DNA of 64,000 nt from Verrucomicrobiia bacterium (GTDB lineage: Bacteria > Verrucomicrobiota > Verrucomicrobiia > Limisphaerales > JADLHS01): positions 1,040,492 through 1,104,491 of the forward strand of contig JAMLJH010000002.1 of the NCBI GenBank assembly GCA_023953615.1. The letters are read 5' to 3'. Positions 44,909-52,630 of the stretch are shown in pieces. The notes under the pieces were generated by a model. That model had not been told where the DNA came from and did not search any database. It saw nothing but the letters and a program-made list of their open reading frames with translations. How positions within the stretch are numbered: position 1 is the first letter of the stretch; each line of letters opens with the position of its first letter. The position numbers and the translations under genes were made by a program.

Positions 44909-45424
44909 TTAGTCGGGATAATAACCGAACCCTGACTTGGACGAATACCAGTAGGAAATTCCTGGGTCATTCATAAAATACGTGATGCGAAATTCGTTTG
45001 TTTCATCAGAAACAAAACCGTGAATATGCGATTTAACACCAATGTTTTTGAAGGCGTATTCATCAAGGCTGGCGGGGTAATGACCGGTTTTGTTCTTCAA
45101 TTCTTCGGCAAACTGTACAATGGAGATAATATCCTCGTGAATTATTACCCACTTGCGATTCTGGTATGACTGCCAAAGTAATAGGCAACCTCCCAGCGAC
45201 GTGACGCACCACAAGGCGATGGTGCGATGATGAAACCCTATTAGGACACAACATGCCACGACGCCAGTCAGCAGAGCGAATAATCCCTGCATCACCTCTC
45301 CTTCTGTGTAGAGCACGTTATGATATTGCAACGAAAGGGTGGTTACTATCACCACCGTGACCGTGAGCAACAAAAACCAGGATACTTCTCGTTTACAGTT
45401 ACTTTTGCCAACGGTTTCGTTCAT
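44909..45424 (-). CDS. Hypothetical membrane protein (3 predicted TM segments) in a visibly AT-richer segment
   Basis: 171-aa ORF with hydrophobic segments in the N-terminal half and no recognisable motif. Confidence 0.55.
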   Translation of the reverse strand: MNETVGKSNCKREVSWFLLLTVTVVIVTTLSLQYHNVLYTEGEVMQGLFALLTGVVACCVLIGFHHRTIALWCVTSLGGCLLLWQSYQNRKWVIIHEDIISIVQFAEELKNKTGHYPASLDEYAFKNIGVKSHIHGFVSDETNEFRITYFMNDPGISYWYSSKSGFGYYPD

Positions 45425-45436
45425 GCCACACCAGTT

Positions 45437-47212
45437 TTACGTCCGCACTTCCACGATCTCTCCCTTGAAAATCTCCAGCGCCTTTTGAATCAACGGATCG
45501 TTTTTGAAATCCTCTGGATTGAAAGATTCGCGAGTGGAGGTTTTGCCTTTGCCGCCGTTCGCCGCCGGCTTTTTACCGCCCACGCTCGTTTCGCTTTTGC
45601 CGGTGGCGACCGGGGGTGTTTTGGATTCTGGCGTGGCTGATTCCGGGGCGGGCCGGACCCAATCCGCCGGCGCTTCCGCGCAAATAAATTTGACCCGCGC
45701 TCCGGCGAAGCCCAGCTCGGCCAGCTTGGTTTGCAACACCGCGTGGTTGCGCGAATGATCCACCAAACCGCGGTGGTCGTCGAATTCAGGATCAAATCCA
45801 ATGGTCAACAAATCGTCCTCGAAAGACACCGGATGCGCTTCCAACAAGTAAGTGCGAATGAACGGACTGGCCTGGCCCGCGGATTCCAGAAGTCGCTTCC
45901 AGAGCGTGGTGAGTTTTTCACCACTCAGTGACGACTTGGCTTTTGCCGCTGGTGCCGGCGGCGGCGGGGTTTCTTGGACGACGGGTTTGGGCGGCGGCGC
46001 GGTTGGTTTCGGCGGCGTGACGGGGCGAGGGTCCCGCAGCGATGCCAGTGGTAGTGACGGAGCGCCACCGGCCTGCTCGCGCAGCGCGCGCAATTGCTTT
46101 AACACCGTGTCCAGACTCACCGCTTGTCGCGCTTCGATGGCGCGCAACAGCGTGACTTCGAGCAGAATCTTTTTCGATGCGGCGTCGCGCAGGCGCAACT
46201 CGGCGTCGGAGAGGACTTCCAGGATATGCGTCAACGCTTCAGTGGAGACCGCCTGGGATTGTTCCTTGAGCGCGCTCCCGTCGGCCTCGGAAACTTGCAA
46301 CAGTTCCAAATCGCCTTTGGAGACCTGGAACAAAATCAGGTTGCGAATGTGGCCGAGCAAATCGGAAAGCAGGCGCCCGGGATCTTTGCCTTGCTGGATC
46401 AATTCGGTCAATTGCCGCAAGGCTGCTTGAATGTCGCCCGTCAAGATCGCTTCCCCGAGCGCCAGAATTTGCTGCTGCCCGGTCAGTCCGAACATCGTGA
46501 GCGCATCCGTTTCCTGAATGGTATCGCCGCAGAAACTGATCAATTGATCGAGCGCCGATTCGGCGTCGCGCATGCCGCCGTCCGCGCCGCGCGCAATGGC
46601 GTAGAGCGCGCCCGCGTCCGCCTTGACGCCTTCTTTCGTGGCGATCTCGGTCAGGTGATTGATGATCATCGTCATCGGGATGCGCCGCAGATCAAAGCGT
46701 TGGCAGCGCGAAAGAATGGTGGGCAGCACCTTCTCGGGATCGGTCGTCGCGAACATGAATTTCACGTGCGCCGGCGGCTCTTCCAGGGTTTTCAACAACG
46801 CATTGAACGCTGCCGTCGAGAGCATGTGGACTTCGTCAATGATGTAAATTTTGAACTTGCCGTTCGCGGGCATGTATTGGCAGGTCTCGCGCAATTCGCG
46901 CACCTGTTCGACGCCGTTGTTGCTCGCCCCGTCAATCTCCAGCACGTCCAGCGCGCGACCTTCGGTGATCTCCTTCACCCGCTCGTCGTGATCGTCAAAA
47001 TCCACTTTCGGCCCGCCGGTGCAGTTGAGACATTTGGCAAAAATGCGGGCGATGGTGGTTTTGCCGGTGCCGCGCGGCCCGCAGAAGATGTAGGCGTGCG
47101 CAATCCGGTTTTGCTGAATGGCGCTGGCCAACGTCTGCGTGACGTGCTCCTGACCGATCACATCGGCGAAGCGTTGCGGACGATACTTGCGAGCAATGAC
47201 CTGATAGGACAT
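45437..47212 (-). CDS. dnaX: DNA polymerase III subunit gamma/tau
   Basis: YRPQRFADVIGQEHV, GPRGTGKTT, a zinc-module-like CLNCTGGP, and IYIIDEVHMLS. Confidence 0.92.
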   Translation of the reverse strand: MSYQVIARKYRPQRFADVIGQEHVTQTLASAIQQNRIAHAYIFCGPRGTGKTTIARIFAKCLNCTGGPKVDFDDHDERVKEITEGRALDVLEIDGASNNGVEQVRELRETCQYMPANGKFKIYIIDEVHMLSTAAFNALLKTLEEPPAHVKFMFATTDPEKVLPTILSRCQRFDLRRIPMTMIINHLTEIATKEGVKADAGALYAIARGADGGMRDAESALDQLISFCGDTIQETDALTMFGLTGQQQILALGEAILTGDIQAALRQLTELIQQGKDPGRLLSDLLGHIRNLILFQVSKGDLELLQVSEADGSALKEQSQAVSTEALTHILEVLSDAELRLRDAASKKILLEVTLLRAIEARQAVSLDTVLKQLRALREQAGGAPSLPLASLRDPRPVTPPKPTAPPPKPVVQETPPPPAPAAKAKSSLSGEKLTTLWKRLLESAGQASPFIRTYLLEAHPVSFEDDLLTIGFDPEFDDHRGLVDHSRNHAVLQTKLAELGFAGARVKFICAEAPADWVRPAPESATPESKTPPVATGKSETSVGGKKPAANGGKGKTSTRESFNPEDFKNDPLIQKALEIFKGEIVEVRT

Positions 47213-47217
47213 GACAG

Positions 47218-47300
47218 AAATTTACGATTTACGACTCACGATTTACGAGCCAAATGTGACCCGCAGGAAAATCGTAAACCAAAAGCGCAAATCGTAAATT
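47218..47300. repeat. Symmetric AT-rich repeat array: four heptads (tttacga tttacga ctcacga tttacga), with inverted tcgtaaa copies on the other side of a GC-rich centre
   Basis: The outer 12-mer aatttacgattt (47219-47230) is perfectly complementary to aaatcgtaaatt (47289-47300). Confidence 0.6.
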
Positions 47301-47306
47301 GGGAAG

Positions 47307-47398
47307 TGCCAGGGTGACCACGGCAGATACGGAGCAAACTGCCGCTGCTGCCTTCCGGCCCTGACGGGGTTCGTAAGTCCACATTCCATGGGCCCTGG
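47307..47398 (-). ncRNA. ffs: Signal recognition particle RNA (small bacterial 4.5S type)
   Basis: The reverse strand contains GTCAGGGCCGGAAGGCAGCAGC (conserved helix-8 motif with a GGAA tetraloop). Terminal pairing is GCCAGGG...CCCTGGC. It lies upstream of dnaX, as in many bacteria. Ends are approximate. Confidence 0.7.
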
Positions 47399-47541
47399 CG
47401 GGGCAGAGAGTGCGGGAGGGCGGCTGGCGCTTCAAGCTTAAAGCGGGGAATCTTCCCGTGCCGGAAATATCCAATTGCCAAAAAGTGAAACCGCGCCACA
47501 CTCCAACCGGAAGTGAAACAAACAATTCAGTTGAATCGCAA

Positions 47542-48924
47542 ATGACCTGGCGCCGTTGGCTGATTTTCCTCGGGTTAAGCGGAGTACTGTGGTGGGGCGG
47601 TCGCGTCCCGGCGCAGTTCGTGGATTTTTCGCTCGCGGCCAGTTCCAGTCCCGCTTCGGTGCAACCGGGCGAGGAAGTTTTCTATTCCCTGTTCATCACC
47701 AACATTTCCGGCGTGACGCTGCCGCAAGTCATTGTCACCAACCAAACGTCCGGTCCGACGGAGATCGTTGGCGCGACGAATTCGTTCGGTGGCTTCATTA
47801 CCAACACGGACGACGGTTTGATTTTTACGTTCGGTCCAATGGCTTATGGCCAGGTGGCGCGACTCACCATGAGCTTGCGTCCGCAAACCTCCGGCGCGTT
47901 CACCAATGAATTTACCGTGTTCACCTTGGGCCGCACCAATATGACCACGAACCTCGTGACGCAGATCGGGTTTCCCGCAGCCGATCTGACCATTGGTTTG
48001 ACCAATGCCAGCACGGGCATTTTCACGAACGATCTCACGAGCATCGGATTGTTCGTAACGAATCTCGGTCCCAGCGCCGCCTCGGGGGTGGTGGTCACCA
48101 ACTGGCTGCCGAGCGCCTTTCAATTGGTGAGCGTCACGCCATCGGACGCCGCCGCCGATTTTTCCGGCGATACTTTGACGTGGACGATCGGCTCGCTCGC
48201 CAACGGTGGCGTCGCGCAATTGTTGCTCTCCGTGCGCAGCGCCCAAGCGGGTGATTTCAATTTAAGCGCGGCGGTGGGCGGCGCGGTGGAGGATCCGCAT
48301 CCGAATAACAACGCGATCACCAACACCATGAGCGTCAGCGGGTTTGTTTCGAGCGGACTCGCCATTACGGTGCTGGGACAACAAATGAATCCGCAAACCG
48401 GCCTTTTGGAAATGCGCGCCTGGCTGACGAATCAACTGACGGACCCGGTCCCCGCCGTGCGGATTGTCGCCACGGGATTGCCGTCGGGTGTCTGGCTTTA
48501 CAACGCCGCCGGGACCAATGCTGGTGCCGCCTACGCGCTCTATAACTATTCCGTGCCCGGCCACAGCGGGGTGGAATTGACGCTGGAATTTTACACGCTG
48601 GAACGCGAGCCGTTGTCGGTTTACACGTTGACTCCGCTGGGCGTGACCGCCATTGATCTTTCGGCCGCTTCCACCAACGGCATGGCGGTGACCAAACAAC
48701 TGATGACGCCCAACGGATTTCTGATCGAGTTCGCGGCGAATATCGGCCGGACTTACACCATCATTTATCAAGACAATCTGAGTTCCAACGCCTGGCTGAC
48801 GGTGCAACCTTCGATTGTGGCGCCCGCCACCCGCGTGCAATGGATTGATCGCGGACCGCCCAAAACGCGCAGCGCGCCGCTGAGTGTTGGACAACGCGTT
48901 TATCGAGTTTTAGAACTGCCCTGA
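47542..48924 (+). CDS. Secreted DUF11/CARDB-like repeat protein with C-terminal YRVLELP module
   Basis: Signal peptide MTWRRWLIFLGLSGVLWWG. Repeats of ..DL.I......(V)TN.GPS.A.GVVVTN.LP..F.... ATG at 47542. Confidence 0.65.
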   Translation: MTWRRWLIFLGLSGVLWWGGRVPAQFVDFSLAASSSPASVQPGEEVFYSLFITNISGVTLPQVIVTNQTSGPTEIVGATNSFGGFITNTDDGLIFTFGPMAYGQVARLTMSLRPQTSGAFTNEFTVFTLGRTNMTTNLVTQIGFPAADLTIGLTNASTGIFTNDLTSIGLFVTNLGPSAASGVVVTNWLPSAFQLVSVTPSDAAADFSGDTLTWTIGSLANGGVAQLLLSVRSAQAGDFNLSAAVGGAVEDPHPNNNAITNTMSVSGFVSSGLAITVLGQQMNPQTGLLEMRAWLTNQLTDPVPAVRIVATGLPSGVWLYNAAGTNAGAAYALYNYSVPGHSGVELTLEFYTLEREPLSVYTLTPLGVTAIDLSAASTNGMAVTKQLMTPNGFLIEFAANIGRTYTIIYQDNLSSNAWLTVQPSIVAPATRVQWIDRGPPKTRSAPLSVGQRVYRVLELP

Positions 48925-48928
48925 ACCC

Positions 48929-50035
48929 ATGCGGAACAAAAGCCCATCAACCCGGTCGTGCCTCGGAGCGCTCACCAGTCTGGCGCTCGGAATTGGCGTT
49001 GCTGGGGCGCAGGGTTGGGATCAGGATTTAAGTCATCTGTTTGATTTGGGCAAATCCGATCAGGCGCAATGGACGCGGCATTTCCGATTGGGCGCGGTGC
49101 TGGGACTGAATTTCAAGGCGAAGTTTGCCACGGCCGGCACGTTTGCCTTTTCAGGCAATCATCCGGGCGCCGTCGGCGTGGGCAGGCAGGACCACCTCTA
49201 CGACGACGGTTTTGTGCGGGTGGACGCCAGCGGCAACAAAAACGGTCAGACGTGGTATTGGGGCTACCAAGGCGAAGGCGGTCAATACACGGCGGGGGAT
49301 GATCGGATTTATTTTCACGCCGCGGAAAGCTATACGGCTCAAGGCGGTGCAAAACGCGACAGCGGCGCGGAAGCGGGATTTGAATTGGCGTATGGCGGTA
49401 AATTACGCCAAGGACGAAATGCGTCATGGGGTTGGGAATTTGGGTTCGGCTTCATGCCGATCGGCATCAAAGACCGACAGACGTTGGGCGGGGTTTCCGC
49501 CACTCGCATCACGCACTCGTATCAACTCGCGGGCATCGTCGCGCCCGACGCGCCGTATCAGGGCAGCTATCTCGGGCCGGGAGCGCTGATTTCTGATGTG
49601 GCCCAAAATGAAACGGCGGGCGCCGGCACGTTTACCGGATTGGATCTAACCGGCACGCGCGAGCTGGACCTGACGCTTTACAGTTTGCGGCTTGGGCCGA
49701 CCTGGCAATGGGATCCGCATCCGCGCGTCAGCACGTTACTGGGCGCTGGCGCCGCGTTAGGAATCGTCTCGGGCGACCTGAAGGTGCTCGAGTCAGTTCA
49801 ATTTCCCGATGGCACGAGAGGAGTGAACGCGGGTCGCCACAGCGAAACCGAACTCACCTATGGCGGTTACCTTTCTGCCGCGCTGCTCTTGCACACCGTG
49901 GAGAACGGCGATCTGTATCTCGGGGTGCAATACCTGCCGATGAGTTCCGCCACGTTTCGCGGCGCCGGACGCCGGGCGCAACTGAATCAAACTCAAGCGG
50001 TCTATTTTTCCGTTGGCATCAACTGGCCATTTTGA
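48929..50035 (+). CDS. Putative outer-membrane beta-barrel protein
   Basis: Signal peptide, alternating amphipathic strands, and a C-terminal ..YFSVGINWPF ending in Phe. Confidence 0.55.
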   Translation: MRNKSPSTRSCLGALTSLALGIGVAGAQGWDQDLSHLFDLGKSDQAQWTRHFRLGAVLGLNFKAKFATAGTFAFSGNHPGAVGVGRQDHLYDDGFVRVDASGNKNGQTWYWGYQGEGGQYTAGDDRIYFHAAESYTAQGGAKRDSGAEAGFELAYGGKLRQGRNASWGWEFGFGFMPIGIKDRQTLGGVSATRITHSYQLAGIVAPDAPYQGSYLGPGALISDVAQNETAGAGTFTGLDLTGTRELDLTLYSLRLGPTWQWDPHPRVSTLLGAGAALGIVSGDLKVLESVQFPDGTRGVNAGRHSETELTYGGYLSAALLLHTVENGDLYLGVQYLPMSSATFRGAGRRAQLNQTQAVYFSVGINWPF

Positions 50036-50122
50036 TTGCGACCATCCGAGGGGAGTATCAAGATGCGTCCGACGTGTCTTTCGAGATTGAATTTCACCGC
50101 GAATTTCGCTTGGCTGAACGGG

Positions 50123-50938
50123 ATGAAACGATTTGCTCATGCTTCCTTGTTCCGAGTGGCGCTGATGCTGGTGGCGGCGCTCGGGTTTACCGCCCTGTTC
50201 ACCGGTTGCAACACCGTACCCGTGACCGGACGGCAACAACTCAACATCATGTCCGAAGGCGAAGAGATGCAGTTGGGACTGACCAGTTTTGACGAATTGA
50301 AAAAGCAAACTCCCATCAGCACCGACGCGGCAGCCAACGCCCTGGTCAAACGCGTGGGCGAACGCATCGCGGCGGTGGCCGGCAAGGACATGCCCAACGC
50401 GCAATGGGAGTTTGTGGTCTTTGAATCCAAGGAGGCCAACGCGTTCTGTTTGCCGGGCGGCAAGGTGGGCGTTTACACCGGCATTTTGCCGATCACAAAA
50501 GATGAAGCCGGGCTGGCCACGGTTTTGGGGCACGAAATCGCGCACGCGGTGGCACGGCACGGCGGCGAACGCATGAGCGAAGCGATGCTGTTGCAAACGG
50601 GCGGCAGCTTACTCGGTCTGGGTTTGCAGGCCACCGATCCGCGCTGGCAGGCCGTGGCGCAACTGGCCTACGGAGTCGGATCGCAGGTGGGCGTGGAATT
50701 GCCGCACAGTCGGAAACAGGAGTCGGAGGCGGATCACATCGGTTTGATTTACATGGCGCAGGCCGGTTACCCACCGGAAGCGGCGGTCGAGTTTTGGAAA
50801 CGGTTTAGCGCCTTCAACCAGCAGCAGGGAGACAACACGCCCGAGTTCCTGCGCACGCATCCGCTGGACGCCACGCGCATCCGGCAACTGGAAGGTTGGT
50901 TGCCGGAAGCCCGGCAGCGCGCGGCGCAAGCGCGCTGA
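50123..50938 (+). CDS. M48-family zinc metallopeptidase (lipoprotein)
   Basis: Lipobox LFTGC. HEIAHAVARHG (HExxH) and a downstream ..ESEADHIG... ATG at 50123 is preferred over 50036. Confidence 0.85.
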   Translation: MKRFAHASLFRVALMLVAALGFTALFTGCNTVPVTGRQQLNIMSEGEEMQLGLTSFDELKKQTPISTDAAANALVKRVGERIAAVAGKDMPNAQWEFVVFESKEANAFCLPGGKVGVYTGILPITKDEAGLATVLGHEIAHAVARHGGERMSEAMLLQTGGSLLGLGLQATDPRWQAVAQLAYGVGSQVGVELPHSRKQESEADHIGLIYMAQAGYPPEAAVEFWKRFSAFNQQQGDNTPEFLRTHPLDATRIRQLEGWLPEARQRAAQAR

Positions 50939-50943
50939 GTGGA

Positions 50944-51951
50944 TCACGGTCGCGCGGTGATTCCGAGTTGCGCCGGCGTCCGGCGCGTGATGCCAAAGCT
51001 GAATTCCTGGCCGGGATAATAGCGCTCGTTCAATTCAAAATTCTCAAACGCCACGCCCCCGGGAATCGGTTGTTTCGATTGCCAATAGGTGTAGCGCGCA
51101 TTGACCACCGCGCGCAAATCGGGTCGCACCGTGGCGGCCGACCGGCGCCAATACTGCGTGACCGGTTGGCCGCCGTAATACCAATGATCCGAGTTGGGAA
51201 AGGGATGCACCGTTGCCGGATCGGGTTCGTCCGAGGTCAACGCCACCAGCACGTCTCCACCCGAAACACGGGAGAGTTGCTTCAATGGGTAAATGCTGTG
51301 CGCGGCAAAACTGGTGTCGCGATGCTCCGGATATTGCCGCAAGCTATTGATCACCTGATCGCGCAACCAAAGTTGTCGCGCTCGAATCCAGTTGCCCATC
51401 GTGGCGGTCAAAATGCAGTAATCCAACGGCGCGCTATCCGGTCGAGTGTTAATCACCAAACGCAATTCATCCGGGCGATCCGTGCGCTGACTGATTTGCA
51501 GTTGGACTGCGGCGCCGTTTTCAAAGCGCTCGATGCCTACCGTGACCGTGAGTTCTTCAATTCCAGAACTCAGTTGCCGCAACGTGCCCGGCGACATCTG
51601 ATCGGTGGGGGACGTGGAGGTTGCCGCGCCGGACCAAAATAATTTGCCCGGCTTACGATCGGTCTGACTCAGCTCCAGTTCGCTGAATCCGCGCTGACCT
51701 TTGACGATGGGTTCGACGGCGATGAAATTAATCAGATCGTAACCACCGTTGGTGAGCACGGGATAACCGACCCGGATAAGCCCGCGCGGCCCGCCATGAG
51801 GCCGCAATTTGCCGGGTGGGATCGCCCAAATGAGGCCGCCCGAGATGCCCCAGACCGGCGCGTTGGTGTTGATGTCCGCGCGAATCCATTCCGCCGCGCC
51901 ACTCAGGTTGAGGGTCAACAGCAGAACGATCAGCACGCCAATCCGTCGCAT
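50944..51951 (-). CDS. Secreted hypothetical protein
   Basis: Signal peptide MRRIGVLIVLLLTLNLSGAA. The opposite-strand ORF is Arg-rich and implausible. Confidence 0.55.
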   Translation of the reverse strand: MRRIGVLIVLLLTLNLSGAAEWIRADINTNAPVWGISGGLIWAIPPGKLRPHGGPRGLIRVGYPVLTNGGYDLINFIAVEPIVKGQRGFSELELSQTDRKPGKLFWSGAATSTSPTDQMSPGTLRQLSSGIEELTVTVGIERFENGAAVQLQISQRTDRPDELRLVINTRPDSAPLDYCILTATMGNWIRARQLWLRDQVINSLRQYPEHRDTSFAAHSIYPLKQLSRVSGGDVLVALTSDEPDPATVHPFPNSDHWYYGGQPVTQYWRRSAATVRPDLRAVVNARYTYWQSKQPIPGGVAFENFELNERYYPGQEFSFGITRRTPAQLGITARP

Positions 51952-52021
51952 GGCGCTGACCTTACAAAGGCGCGTTTGACGTGTCGAGACGTGCGAGCGA
52001 GGCGACGTTGATTCGCAAGGA

Positions 52022-52522
52022 TCAGAGCGGACGGATTTCCGTCAGGAAACTGCCGTCGGATTGCTCGGTGGTCTGGCTGGAAAAACCACGTTCCTCGAGG
52101 TGCGCGTAAAGGTGCATCGGCCGCCGGTCGGTACGGGCGCGAATTCCGGTTTTGGCCGGCAGATTCGACACGGCTTCCAGAATGGTCACCATCGGTTGTG
52201 GCGGCTCCAGACCGCGCGCGTCCACTTCGATGAAGGAGGTCGGCTCATTCGCGCTGGCGGGCGCGGTGCTTTTGGCGGCGGGTTTGGGCACGTCGCCCGG
52301 TGAAAAAGTGATTTCCCAGACCCCGGAATCAAGCTGTTTGGTTTCGTGACTGAAACCTTTGTTGCCCAACACCGTGTACAAGGGGGCTGGTTCAAACGGA
52401 GCCAGCAGGCGGAATTTTTGTCCGGGTTGCAGTTTCGCCACCGTGCGCATGATGATGCCGAACGGTTCGCGGCCCTGACTGATTTCCTCCCGCACATCCA
52501 ACGTCACAATCTCGTCGCTCAT
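52022..52522 (-). CDS. Tandem DUF2249-domain protein
   Basis: Two copies of the ..LDVR....(G)(R)EP(F/Q)P...I......L..G........P..LY..L...GF.. pattern. Confidence 0.6.
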   Translation of the reverse strand: MSDEIVTLDVREEISQGREPFGIIMRTVAKLQPGQKFRLLAPFEPAPLYTVLGNKGFSHETKQLDSGVWEITFSPGDVPKPAAKSTAPASANEPTSFIEVDARGLEPPQPMVTILEAVSNLPAKTGIRARTDRRPMHLYAHLEERGFSSQTTEQSDGSFLTEIRPL

Positions 52523-52630
52523 GGCGTCACTCTGACTGAAGGTTATCAGTCCAACTTTGACGCGGGTCAAAATTTCCTAATTTCAAAGCCGTGACTTGAA
52601 TGTCCGTCGGGCGATTGAGAAGTTGCCGTC

